Shown here: in pieces, positions 17,879 through 27,266 of the stretch
Position numbering within the stretch: position 1 is the first letter of the stretch
Layout: every line of letters begins with the position of its first letter
Origin: a virus
Lineage: Duplodnaviria > Caudoviricetes
IMG/VR virus record: IMGVR_UViG_3300006123_000846
Location: 1 to 37,953 of that record
Length of the DNA: 37,953 nucleotides
Strand: one strand, 5' to 3'
Notes under the pieces: generated by a model
The model's input: the letters and a program-made list of their open reading frames with translations, nothing else
Databases searched by the model: none
Told to the model about the DNA's origin: nothing
Made by a program: the position numbers and the translations under genes

Positions 17879-18108
17879 GTTGACCTCAACCACCAAATGG
17901 TATTTTTAACATTGTTGACCCACTGCCGATCTTGGGCAGTTTCGGGCCAACCTCGACGACTAGTTTGAAATATGGCAAATTGTTGTTCCAGATATGGAAT
18001 CTGCGTTCTAGCAGTAGCACAGGTGGGCGGTGCATAGTTAACCGGCACCTGCGGTACTGTGCTACACCCAACCACTGCCAATGCCAAAAATACTGCCAAG
18101 ATTTTCAT
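17857..18108 (-). CDS. Small lipoprotein
   Basis: MKILAVFLALAVVGC lipobox-like sequence. Confidence 0.65.
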   Translation of the reverse strand: MKILAVFLALAVVGCSTVPQVPVNYAPPTCATARTQIPYLEQQFAIFQTSRRGWPETAQDRQWVNNVKNTIWWLRSTCPAGYL

Positions 18109-18113
18109 CTGCT

Positions 18114-18518
18114 TCACCATGAACTGTTGTAAAACACTCGCATGCCCATGAACAACTCATATCGAGCAGTCTTGATAAATTCCAAATCTTGTGCTCGATA
18201 GTATTCGGCAGAATCATCACCAAAGAAAAATCCCGATGTTTGAGGCAGTGCATTATCCAGCACATCCTGTTCAAGATTGTCAAGATCTTCACGGAACAAT
18301 TCTAGCTCATCGCCATTGAAACTACCTTCGTTGCCACGCCGGTTCCACAACTGTCGCATCCAGCCGTGTAGGTTAGGATGCTTACGCCAGTAGGCCAATT
18401 CTCTGGGTTGGGTCACACTGGGATTTTCTGGTTCATTATTGACATAGGTGGCACCTGAGTAAAACTCACGGTACTGTCCTTGTTTAACTGCCGCATAGGC
18501 ATACATATCTAATCCCAT
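18114..18518 (-). CDS. Conserved phage hypothetical protein (MGLDMY/YWRKH family)
   Basis: MGLDMY..., YWRKHPNLHGWM, GFFFG and a Y.SSW end; AGGAG RBS. Confidence 0.8.
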   Translation of the reverse strand: MGLDMYAYAAVKQGQYREFYSGATYVNNEPENPSVTQPRELAYWRKHPNLHGWMRQLWNRRGNEGSFNGDELELFREDLDNLEQDVLDNALPQTSGFFFGDDSAEYYRAQDLEFIKTARYELFMGMRVFYNSSW

Positions 18519-18519
18519 G

Positions 18520-18717
18520 TTATTCTCCTTTTAGGTTTTTAATATAGTCAATTACCAGGCTAGCCTCAGGAAATCCTTGATCTTGCTTGCCACGCATGAC
18601 GGCTTCTTCCAACTGTTGTTGTATGTGCTGAACTGCTGTAAAGTATATGCCTACCTGCGCCGGCGTCAGTTTCATATCTGCTCGATATGTAAAAACTTTT
18701 TTAGGCTCATCCATCAC
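18520..18717 (-). CDS. Hypothetical protein
   Basis: Operonic packing. Confidence 0.6.
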   Translation of the reverse strand: MMDEPKKVFTYRADMKLTPAQVGIYFTAVQHIQQQLEEAVMRGKQDQGFPEASLVIDYIKNLKGE

Positions 18718-18977
18718 AGTGCTCCAAGATAGGGACTGTAAATTTCTTCTTCTTCAACCTCTGCACGTTCAGCGGGCACCACAAAATCAAATGCATACTC
18801 ATTGCCTATCACATTGATTCGCACACACCCAGGATAGTCATGTGCCAGCCTATGATAGATTGTGCGAGCCTGTGCTTCGTTGCACTTGACAAAAAGAGTG
18901 CCATTGTAAAATTCAGTGTGGCCACAAAATCCCATGACACCGGCTACCTTGTTTAGAATTGTGTTTTCAAATATCAT
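18714..18977 (-). CDS. Hypothetical protein
   Basis: AAGGA RBS; operonic packing. Confidence 0.65.
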   Translation of the reverse strand: MIFENTILNKVAGVMGFCGHTEFYNGTLFVKCNEAQARTIYHRLAHDYPGCVRINVIGNEYAFDFVVPAERAEVEEEEIYSPYLGAL

Positions 18978-18987
18978 GTTTAATTCC

Positions 18988-19242
18988 TTACATTTTATTT
19001 GACAATTTAACTGTCAAATTTTTACTGTTACGACTGAATTTTGCCACCGGCATTGTGGAACCAGCCATGAAGAAAAGACCATTAATGACATGCAATAGTT
19101 TCGCATCATTGCCCCAGGTGCCGCCGACGGCAGTAACGGTCAGAGTTTTATATGTTTTATATTCACGAGTGCGAATATAATATTTTTCGTAAGATCTCAA
19201 AATTGATCGTACCATCTGTTCTGCTGGAAATGAAACTATCAT
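18988..19242 (-). CDS. Hypothetical protein
   Basis: AGGAG RBS. Confidence 0.6.
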   Translation of the reverse strand: MIVSFPAEQMVRSILRSYEKYYIRTREYKTYKTLTVTAVGGTWGNDAKLLHVINGLFFMAGSTMPVAKFSRNSKNLTVKLSNKM

Positions 19243-19244
19243 TG

Positions 19245-19445
19245 TTAACTCCTGATAATGTCAAAAATACTATTTTGCAAACGAGCCACATCGTCACGCT
19301 CTACGTAAAAATCTGTGGTGGGGTCATAGTACTCGCCGGCCTTGGGATCATAGTAGAGAACCTGACCGTTGGGATAGTGAAATGGCCCTTCAAGTCCTGC
19401 ACGAGGACCGTAGTCTTTGTTGTGTTTGAAAACATAGTAGGACAT
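19245..19445 (-). CDS. Hypothetical protein (GLEGPF...YYDPK.GEYYDP.TDFY)
   Basis: AAGGAG RBS; a motif I recognise from other phage small proteins. Confidence 0.75.
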   Translation of the reverse strand: MSYYVFKHNKDYGPRAGLEGPFHYPNGQVLYYDPKAGEYYDPTTDFYVERDDVARLQNSIFDIIRS

Positions 19446-19454
19446 GTTGACTCC

Positions 19455-19727
19455 TTAAACTAGATCAACTTGAATTTGACGATTACGAATAGTAGCACCA
19501 AGCCCGACAGGCATGATACCACCACCTTGTTTTTCTGCTTGGCGAATATTAGCCAATTTTTCCATGGCCTCCCAACACAGACTGCGAGCATTGACTGTGG
19601 CAAACTGCTCGCTCATTTGCTGAATTGTCATGTACATACCGATGTCATTCTCGGAGCCATCGCCTTTGAAAATTACACGGAATTTTTGGTTGTTTTTAAA
19701 GCCTTTGATAATCTGTTTTCTGCGCAT
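19455..19727 (-). CDS. Hypothetical protein
   Basis: AAGGAG RBS directly downstream of a promoter. Confidence 0.7.
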   Translation of the reverse strand: MRRKQIIKGFKNNQKFRVIFKGDGSENDIGMYMTIQQMSEQFATVNARSLCWEAMEKLANIRQAEKQGGGIMPVGLGATIRNRQIQVDLV

Positions 19728-19759
19728 TTTTGGGCTCCTTTGTTTCTTACTATGCTGTT

Positions 19760-19815
19760 ATTATAGCAAATTGGGTGTTTTTGGTCAACCGTTTTGTGTT
19801 GTTTTTGCACAACAC
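19760..19815 (-). promoter_or_regulatory. Early sigma70 promoter with upstream palindrome (copy 1)
   Basis: TTGACC-N17-TATAAT (19788-19760); GTGTTG-N8-CAACAC at 19796-19815. Confidence 0.8.
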
Positions 19816-20216
19816 TATGCTTCCAGGGCTCTGCGCAAGACAATTTCTTGCTGGGCAAAGGCCTGAATTTCCCAGGGTTGATCAAGATATGGATAATCTT
19901 TGCGATAGTAACGACCATTCCACCTACGGCCATTTTTGGTGATTTTTAGTGTGCCACGAGCCATCTGTGCCACGTGAGTAAGTTCGTGTGCCAGGGTGGC
20001 GCCCAATGCCAGAAAATCTTTGCAAGGGCGAAGCACAACCAAATAAGTGTCAATACCTGTGAGTGGCACAGTGGTGCCTAAGTCTTCTAATTCTGGGTCT
20101 AATTTGATGTGAAGCAATTTACGGCTTCTTGTAAGGTTCAACTGGGCCAGCATGGATGGCAAAAGATTTTCTACATATTTTGCAGCACGACTGCGACCTT
20201 CAACGTAAAATTCCAT
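19815..20216 (-). CDS. Putative zincin metallopeptidase
   Basis: TLAHELTHVAQ (HExxH) and a downstream PWEIQA. Confidence 0.75.
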   Translation of the reverse strand: MEFYVEGRSRAAKYVENLLPSMLAQLNLTRSRKLLHIKLDPELEDLGTTVPLTGIDTYLVVLRPCKDFLALGATLAHELTHVAQMARGTLKITKNGRRWNGRYYRKDYPYLDQPWEIQAFAQQEIVLRRALEA

Positions 20217-20245
20217 GTGAACTCCTGTTTTCTTACTATGCTGTT

Positions 20246-20299
20246 ATTATAGCAAATGGTAAATTTTGTGTCAAATTCAGTGTGGTTTTCTCACAACAT
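20246..20299 (-). promoter_or_regulatory. Early sigma70 promoter with upstream palindrome (copy 2)
   Basis: TTGACA-N17-TATAAT (20274-20246); imperfect GTGTGG-N8-CAACAT at 20280-20299. Confidence 0.8.
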
Positions 20300-20517
20300 C
20301 AAGTTCCGTAAGTACCCCATGCTGGCATTTCAAAAAACCATTCTCGAGCTCCGTGGCTCATATCTGTATATTCCATTTTGCCTTGTTGCATTTTGACGAT
20401 TTCCGCTCGCTCTTGAATCATCTTGGCTAGTCTTTGTTGATCGAAATCGCTGGTGTATTTGGAAAACATACGAATGTTGAAGTCAACAGTTTCTAATACC
20501 TTGTCTACATTTTTCAT
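20299..20517 (-). CDS. Hypothetical protein
   Basis: AAGGA RBS. Confidence 0.65.
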   Translation of the reverse strand: MKNVDKVLETVDFNIRMFSKYTSDFDQQRLAKMIQERAEIVKMQQGKMEYTDMSHGAREWFFEMPAWGTYGT

Positions 20518-20526
20518 GTGGGATCC

Positions 20527-20754
20527 TTACAACAATTTTACAATCAGGCCTACTGTATAAATCGCAAGTATTGTGGCATTGATCACTATCAAACTGGGTT
20601 TCTGCCACATGATGGCCACAATGAGCCAAATTAGGGTGCCAACGTTGAGTAATATTGGTCCTAATGGATAATAGTTGAGTGAAGTAAACAAGGCTCCCAC
20701 AATGCAAACTGCGGTAGCCAACCATTCTAAATAAAAGTCTATTTTGCGATTCAT
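20527..20754 (-). CDS. Small membrane protein, leaderless
   Basis: Three hydrophobic segments; ATG 6 nt after TATAAT. Confidence 0.7.
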   Translation of the reverse strand: MNRKIDFYLEWLATAVCIVGALFTSLNYYPLGPILLNVGTLIWLIVAIMWQKPSLIVINATILAIYTVGLIVKLL

Positions 20755-20760
20755 GCTGTT

Positions 20761-20815
20761 ATTATAGCATGAGGCAATTTTGGTGTCAAATTGGTGTGTT
20801 GCGTAAATGCAACAC
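20761..20815 (-). promoter_or_regulatory. Early sigma70 promoter with upstream palindrome (copy 3)
   Basis: TTGACA-N17-TATAAT (20789-20761); GTGTTG-N8-CAACAC at 20796-20815. Confidence 0.8.
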
Positions 20816-21799
20816 TTAGGTGTTTAGCCCTTTGGCCCAATGTGTATGTACCACAGGACTTGCAGCCGCCTGTGCCGGTGTATAGGTCGATGGTATCAAA
20901 TTGGCAGTAGGCGTTGGTGGGATGGGATTGGCTGGAATTGTGTTATTGGTAGTTACTCCAGCATTTCTCAATGCCACACTATTGCGACCTTCACGTAACG
21001 CACCCACTATGCATTGGCCAGTGAATGTGCTGAGATCAGCCACTCCTTCAAGATACTGACTCATTCCGCCTTGGTCAGTGTCTGTGGCATAGGTAGGCAA
21101 ACTGTAAACAAAACCAAAAATACTGCCTTGTTGATTTGCAGTTTGTTGACTGAAATTTATGTTGGCCTGATACTGAGAATATTGTTCGTTTGAGAACTGA
21201 TTGCCCATACCGTACCAGTTGTTGTTCATGGCCGTAGTTTGTGTGGGATAACTTACTACCAAGTTTGCAATGTTGGCTCTTGCTCCAGGAATCAATGCAG
21301 TATTGAAACAAGTGTCGGAATCTGTGTATCTTCCGGCATACGGAGTGCCTGACGGGATAACCACAAACGTATTGTAAGGTGGGTCTGGATTTGGTTCGTT
21401 GTAATCGCCTGCAACCACATTGGCCATGACTTGGTATGTGTTGTTTAAACTTACCACATTCATTGTGGCAATATTGCCAATGGCTCCTGCAATAGGATCA
21501 GTGTATCCAATACCAGATGGAACTCCAATTGAGTTCACAATATTGGTTTGAGCAGTTGAATAGCTGCCTTGATTAAACGTTGATGTGTAGAAAGCCGCTA
21601 CATCAGCAGGCACAGGTTGATTTAGTCCTTCTACCAATGGTAAGTCTTTTGTGGTTTCTAATTGTGAAATTACATTGGCCATCACAGGCAATGGATTATT
21701 ACTGATCCCAGCAATCTGTTGTAGGGCCACACTCAATGCCTTGTTAGCCAAGGCTTGGTTGGCTGGGATTATTTGTTGTAGTCTATCTAGTGTGATCAT
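20816..21799 (-). CDS. Putative virion (baseplate/tail-associated) protein
   Basis: Asn/Thr/Ala-rich and low in charge; same operon as the PAAR gene. Confidence 0.55.
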   Translation of the reverse strand: MITLDRLQQIIPANQALANKALSVALQQIAGISNNPLPVMANVISQLETTKDLPLVEGLNQPVPADVAAFYTSTFNQGSYSTAQTNIVNSIGVPSGIGYTDPIAGAIGNIATMNVVSLNNTYQVMANVVAGDYNEPNPDPPYNTFVVIPSGTPYAGRYTDSDTCFNTALIPGARANIANLVVSYPTQTTAMNNNWYGMGNQFSNEQYSQYQANINFSQQTANQQGSIFGFVYSLPTYATDTDQGGMSQYLEGVADLSTFTGQCIVGALREGRNSVALRNAGVTTNNTIPANPIPPTPTANLIPSTYTPAQAAASPVVHTHWAKGLNT

Positions 21800-22788
21800 G
21801 TGGCACCTGTCAAAACATAAGATGGCAAAACTCTGAGCAAGCTGGTATTAACTGTGCCTTGATTGTCAACATAGATAGGGTAAGTATCTGGTCCAATTGG
21901 CACTGTTAAACTTTGAAAGCTTATTGGAAATAATTTCAAAGGATTTAACAAATCTGCCATGGTTGCAATTCCCACAGTCTTTACATTGAGCACAGTCAAT
22001 ATCTGTGATAGTGTATCTCCAGTGATTTGTGTCATTGCATTATACATTAATTTCTGATTTGAATCAGCTACACTAACAGTAGGATCAGATAAATTTACCA
22101 CCACATCCTGTGATATGCCAGCCAACACAAATGCCACGCTCAGTGCAGGTAAGACTCCTACCACTCGATAAATTTGTTGAACAAGTGCAAGTGGACTGCC
22201 AAGATTGTTCAAATTGCTAGTATCAATCAGCTGGCCCAGGTTGGTTAAATCCTGACCAAATGCAGTAGTAGCTAAATTCACTGCACTAACTGACCCAGTG
22301 ATCATGCTGTCCATGCCAGTAAAGGTTGAACCCAAGTAGTTTTGCCCATTCACTGCGCTATTTACAAAAGTAGCAGTTTGAACATTGTGACCCTGGGCTT
22401 GACTCAGTGTTTGGCAAAACTTGCTGACATCGCCGTTGCCAATGATTTGATTGGCAGAAAGCGTGAGTATGCTAGTAAACCCAACAATGTTGTTGCCTAC
22501 CTGTGCATCTGCATCAAGATTGGTAATATAGGTGTAAGGAATTGAATCTGCCAGGGCAGGACATGAATTGCTGGCCAACACGTTTAGTTCAGCGATAGTG
22601 GCATTGCTGATTGCCGAAGTAGCAATGGCATTGCCAATGGTGCCTAACAAAGTATTGATCAAGGTTACATTGCCATAATTGGCAATGGCATTGGAAAATG
22701 CAGCATTGATTGCAATGCCTTGATTCTGCAACATACCTGCACCGACATTTACTTGCAGTGGGGTTAGTATACTGGGATTATTGGCCAT
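21796..22788 (-). CDS. Putative virion (baseplate/tail-associated) protein
   Basis: Asn/Thr/Leu-rich; start overlaps the PAAR stop. Confidence 0.55.
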   Translation of the reverse strand: MANNPSILTPLQVNVGAGMLQNQGIAINAAFSNAIANYGNVTLINTLLGTIGNAIATSAISNATIAELNVLASNSCPALADSIPYTYITNLDADAQVGNNIVGFTSILTLSANQIIGNGDVSKFCQTLSQAQGHNVQTATFVNSAVNGQNYLGSTFTGMDSMITGSVSAVNLATTAFGQDLTNLGQLIDTSNLNNLGSPLALVQQIYRVVGVLPALSVAFVLAGISQDVVVNLSDPTVSVADSNQKLMYNAMTQITGDTLSQILTVLNVKTVGIATMADLLNPLKLFPISFQSLTVPIGPDTYPIYVDNQGTVNTSLLRVLPSYVLTGAT

Positions 22789-23078
22789 TAAATTACTATC
22801 ACATCAAAACTGCCACTGCCTCTGGTGTGAAAACAAGTGTCTGGATCACCAGAAGTGCAGATGGGTCTGCCATTGACCAACACTGTGGGATTGGAACTGG
22901 TAGTCTGTGCAAAACAATGTATAGGAGGACAGCTAGGTTTACCGCAACAAAAATGCGGTGTGACAACTTCGCCAATAGTGGCCACTGGCCTACCATTGAC
23001 CAGCACAGTAGGATCACCAGTGGTTATGACTCCACCCATGATGTTGGTATCACCTACTCGTTGCACTGGTCCTGGCAT
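22788..23078 (-). CDS. PAAR-repeat spike-tip protein
   Basis: PVQRVGD, TVLVNGRPVAT.G and TVLVNGRPICT.GD repeats with His/Cys metal ligands. Confidence 0.88.
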   Translation of the reverse strand: MPGPVQRVGDTNIMGGVITTGDPTVLVNGRPVATIGEVVTPHFCCGKPSCPPIHCFAQTTSSNPTVLVNGRPICTSGDPDTCFHTRGSGSFDVIVI

Positions 23079-23082
23079 GGTA

Positions 23083-23388
23083 TTATCCTAACAAAATTTT
23101 ACTGCTGTTGCGAACTGCCTTGATGCCTGTGGTAGCTTCTAGGTAATGATCGCAGACTTCTTCGCGTGTTTGGCAGATCATTGCAATTGCTGTTTTATTT
23201 ATAGTGATATTTTGCTTGGGATCTCCAGTAAACACAGTAAAAATCAACTGTATGCCTTTTTCAGTTGGTACTGCGCTCAGTGGATTTTCTACCACATAAT
23301 GATCCTGGTTGTCTTCTGTAATTTTAGCAACAACTTCATCTGCGTTGGTTAGTTTAAGAGTATAAACCTTGTTTAATTCAATTTTCAT
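23083..23388 (-). CDS. Conserved phage protein (Sm-like fold)
   Basis: Start MKIELNKVYTLKL..ADEVVAKI...ENP; ends Y...TTGI. Confidence 0.6.
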   Translation of the reverse strand: MKIELNKVYTLKLTNADEVVAKITEDNQDHYVVENPLSAVPTEKGIQLIFTVFTGDPKQNITINKTAIAMICQTREEVCDHYLEATTGIKAVRNSSKILLG

Positions 23389-23614
23389 TTTGACCTTGTA
23401 AGTGTTGGCGAAGTTCTGTAAACCCGCCAATGTAATTATCGTCAATGAAAATCTGCGGCAAAGTTCTTGCAGTAGGCACAACTTCTAACAGTTGTTCCTT
23501 GGTATAATTTTCATTGATGTTGCGTTCTTCGTAATCTATTCCTTTTGATTCAAGCAGATTTTTTGCTTGAACACAATAGGGGCAATGATCTTTGCTCCAT
23601 ACTACTGCTGTCAT
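23378..23614 (-). CDS. Glutaredoxin
   Basis: CPYC, RTLPQIF and YIGGF motifs. Confidence 0.93.
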   Translation of the reverse strand: MTAVVWSKDHCPYCVQAKNLLESKGIDYEERNINENYTKEQLLEVVPTARTLPQIFIDDNYIGGFTELRQHLQGQNEN

Positions 23615-23625
23615 TTTTATTCTCC

Positions 23626-24759
23626 TTATAAGTTTGGTAATTCGTCGTAATCCAGTTGATCGCTCATGACGCCGATAACATAGTTGGTTGATTCACTCTC
23701 TTGCAACGCAGTTTGTTTATTACTGGTATTGGCATGTTTGTTGAACCAGGGTATAGGTGTGGTCTTAGGTGCAGGTGTTTGATATTTGATACCAATATCT
23801 TTTAGTGCGCCTGCGGCAGTGTAGTCCACAAACTCTTTCAGGATAGTGGCATTAAGGCCGATCACAGGACCTTTGTTAAACAAATAGTCGGCCCATTGTT
23901 TTTCTTCACGGATCACATCCTGATACAATTGATACACTTCACTTTCGCATTCGGCCTTGACAGCTGCAAATCGTGGATCTTCTTTTACCACTTGATTAAT
24001 AATCCAGGCAGTCCATTCTTTGTGTAGCAATTCATCCTGTAGGATCAGACTAATGATGTTTCCGTTGCCAATGAATATGCGATTTTCAACCATGGCCAAG
24101 CTGGTGGCAAAGCTGACCATGAAGCGGAAGGCCTCTAGTGCATACGAAGCATTCAGAGCCAACCAGATCAGTTTAATGTGTTCTTTTTCAGTTTCTAGTA
24201 CACCTACCGAACTGTCTCTTTCGTGCGCCCAGGTCCCTAACTCAACCGCACAATTCATTTTGTGCAACATATCATAGTACTGACCCACACTAGAAGCCAT
24301 GTCAATGATTTCTTTTGTGTCATGTATGGTGTTGAATATATCTTTAGGCACATTGTAGATGTTGCGAATAATATGACTATAACTGCGACTGTGAATATTG
24401 GTTTCAAAAAATCCCCAGTTGTACATCAAACTTTCAAGCTCTGGTATAGAACACACAGGAGTAAACACCTGCGTTGGGCCACGACCTTGCAAACTGTCCA
24501 AGGCAGTCTGACGCAGTAGATTACTGGTAAAAATATGTTTTACTGTGTCTGTGGCATCTTTAAAATCCTGCGAATCCTTGGTCAATGATATTTCTTCTGG
24601 CACCCAAAAGAATCCACGTGCCTCTTGTTCAAACTTGGTGAGTTTGTTGTACTTGACTTCTTCAAATCGCTGAATTGTGACTGGGCCTGCTGGGTCCAAA
24701 AACATCTTGCGTTGTAAATAATCAGTTTTGTTTTTTAAATTATATTGTTGTTGGCTCAT
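23626..24759 (-). CDS. nrdB: Ribonucleotide reductase class Ia beta subunit
   Basis: FFWVPEE, LDSLQGR, ETNIHSRSY (radical Tyr), LEAFRF.VSF, DELLH and the QE.E...Y tail. Confidence 0.95.
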   Translation of the reverse strand: MSQQQYNLKNKTDYLQRKMFLDPAGPVTIQRFEEVKYNKLTKFEQEARGFFWVPEEISLTKDSQDFKDATDTVKHIFTSNLLRQTALDSLQGRGPTQVFTPVCSIPELESLMYNWGFFETNIHSRSYSHIIRNIYNVPKDIFNTIHDTKEIIDMASSVGQYYDMLHKMNCAVELGTWAHERDSSVGVLETEKEHIKLIWLALNASYALEAFRFMVSFATSLAMVENRIFIGNGNIISLILQDELLHKEWTAWIINQVVKEDPRFAAVKAECESEVYQLYQDVIREEKQWADYLFNKGPVIGLNATILKEFVDYTAAGALKDIGIKYQTPAPKTTPIPWFNKHANTSNKQTALQESESTNYVIGVMSDQLDYDELPNL

Positions 24760-24937
24760 TTATTTTCTCCCAAGGTTCTTCATTTCCTGCCCAATCCTGC
24801 ACATCGTAACTCCAACACATAAATCGACTGTATGTGGGATATAACCATGGCCAGTCGAACCAAGTCATTGGAAAACTTATACAGTGTCCAAAGTAAAACA
24901 AGACTTCGCTTGTAACTCTGGCTAGAATTTTTTTCAT
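24740..24937 (-). CDS. Small Trp-rich hypothetical protein between nrdA and nrdB
   Basis: ATGA overlap with the nrdA stop; 65 aa. Confidence 0.5.
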   Translation of the reverse strand: MKKILARVTSEVLFYFGHCISFPMTWFDWPWLYPTYSRFMCWSYDVQDWAGNEEPWEKINEPTTI

Positions 24938-27248
24938 AACTTGCAAGCTTCGCAATCTTCTTCTTCACTGAAATCAATCAATTCCAAAGGTGTATCTTCT
25001 TCGACTGATTTTGATCCTTGCTTGTTGATCAGACTGTAGTAAAAAGTTTTTAATCCCCAGGCATGTGCTTGCATGAGGTTCTTGGCAATCAAGGTGGTCG
25101 GAACTTTGCGTCCTTCAAAATGTGCAGGATTATAGAATGTATTGGTACTGATACTTTGGTCTACATAGGCGGCCAGCACCGCTGCAGTTTTCAAATAACC
25201 ATCACAATCTTTTTGTTCCCACATCAATTGATACTTATTTTTGAGTTTGTGATACTCTGGAACTACCTGAGTTAAACTACCAGCCTTTGATTCTTTGACT
25301 GAAATAAGACTCATGGGCATTTCAATGCCATTGGTTGAGTTGATTACCACACTGGAACTTTCTACTGGTGCAATGGCCATCTGTGTGGCATTGCGTACGC
25401 CATAGCCTCGCATGGCTCCACGTAATCCTTCCCAGTTTAATTCTGGTGTAAAGTCTGCTAGTTCATTGACACCTTTGGCTCGGCGTTCCCAAGGAAACAC
25501 TCCTTTACCGTACCAGGTATGATCACTGTGCTCACAACGCCCACGTTCCTGGGCCAATTCTACGCTGGCCTCTGTCAGATAGTAGGCCTGATGTTCCATC
25601 CAGGTTTTAACATCTTGTAGTGCATCCTTCTCTCCATATCGAAATCCTCGTTTGGCATGCCAGTAAGCAAGATTGGTAATTCCAATTCCCAGTGGTCTAA
25701 TTTCGTCGTTTGAACGACGGGATTGAACAGAAAGAAAATCCTGATAATCGAGTATGTTATTGAGACTACGATGCAGTATGCGACAAGCACGGCGCATATC
25801 TTCTGGGTTGCGGAACGCCCCCCAGTTGATTGAACCCAAGGTGCACAAAGCAATACGACCAGACACATCATCCAGACGTTTAAAGGATTTAGTAGGTAAA
25901 AGAATTTCACAGCAAAGGTTACTCTGGTAAATGGTATGATACTCAGGATCAAACGGGCCTTGATTCTGAACATTATCAATGAACACCAAGTAGATACGCC
26001 CTGTATCAGTGCGCTCTTTTAATATGCCTCCTCGAAACACATCGTCTGCACTCATGATCTTGGTACGAAGACCCGGAGTGTTTTCATATTTCACATACAG
26101 TTCTTCAAATTTCTCTGTGTTACGATAAAAGGCTTCATATAGGTCGGGTACTTCATTCGGGTCAAAGAATGTGATATTTTCTTTGTTCTTAAAGCGTCTC
26201 CAAAAGAATGCGCTAAGGACAACTCCGTAGTCCATGAATCTAACTCTTGTTTCTTCTGTGCCTTGATTGTTTTTAAGAACAATAAGGTCATCAAACTGAA
26301 GATGCCAAATGGGATAAAATACTGTAGCACTTGCATTGCGAATACCTCCTTGACTGCAACTTCTCAAATCTCCAAACCATTTTTTTAAAAATGGAATCAT
26401 ACCTGTGTGCATGATCTCTCCGCCACGTATAGGACTACCTATGGGCGCAGTCGACCAATTTCCAATCCAATGCCGGCACGTTTGCTGGCATACTTGGCCA
26501 TCATCTCACCGCTGGCAAAGATGGAATCAAGATCATCGTCGGATCGAATAAGGACGCAACTACTAAACTGCTTAGTAGGAGTACCAAGGCCAGCAAGCAC
26601 AGGAGTGGCCAAAGTGAAGAGTCCGTCCGACGCTGCCTGGTAGTATTCTTTGATATAGCGCATTCTTGCGGTGTTGGGTTCTTCTTTATGGAATACAGTA
26701 GCAGCTGCCACCATGTATCTAACCTGCGGAGTCTCATATATTTCCTTTGTTGCACGATTTCTTACTAGATATTTTTCAATCATTTGTTCAATAGCGGCAT
26801 ACGAGTACGATTCATCTTTGTCATGATCAATCATGTCGTTCATGCGATTCCAGTCGTCTTCTGTGTACCATTCTAACAATTCTGCAGTATACAATCCTGT
26901 TGCTACATTCTTTTTTACTATTTCATAAAGATGCGGAGGATCGTAAGTGCCATACACATCTTTGCGTAACATTGATAATCTTTGTTTACCTGCTACATAT
27001 TGATAGTTGGTGTGTCCTACATCTGGATTGGTTTCTACATCTATTAGATCCACAATGGCTCTGAGTGTTATACCATCAATTTCTTCAGTTTTGATTCCAT
27101 CATAAAAATGCAACTGTGCTTTGATTTCAATCATGCTCTGACTAACATCTGCTGTACCTTTGCATATTTTGGCTACCTGTGCCTGCCATTTTTCAATCAT
27201 CAATGGCTCTCTTTGGCCGCTTCTCTTAACTACGGATATTTGTGTCAT
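24934..27248 (-). CDS. nrdA: Ribonucleotide reductase class Ia alpha subunit, interrupted by a 1-nt frameshift near 26440 (ORFs 26439..27248 and 24934..26412)
   Basis: The 5' ORF has the ATP cone (VVKRSG) and FSSCVL. The 3' ORF has SNLCCEI, ALCTL, TFYY and CEAC. ...GRLRP* continues as IGSPIRGGEIMHTG in the -1 frame. Confidence 0.93.
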
Positions 27249-27266
27249 CTTACTCTCATGTTGTTG

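Noticed and set aside
19741-20815. CRISPR-like or LexA-box reading of the repeated elements
   Set aside because: The repeats are about 500 nt apart and separated by genes, and the dyad does not match the CTGT-N8-ACAG SOS box.
24740-26440. Intron, intein or homing endonuclease in the nrdA-nrdB region
   Set aside because: There is no inserted sequence at the break, and the 65-aa intergenic ORF has no HNH, GIY-YIG or LAGLIDADG motif.
26439-26441. TAG stop-codon reassignment as the cause of the nrdA break
   Set aside because: Read-through stays in the wrong frame, because the conserved sequence resumes in the -1 frame. Other genes are intact in the standard code, and TAG ends the amidinotransferase normally.
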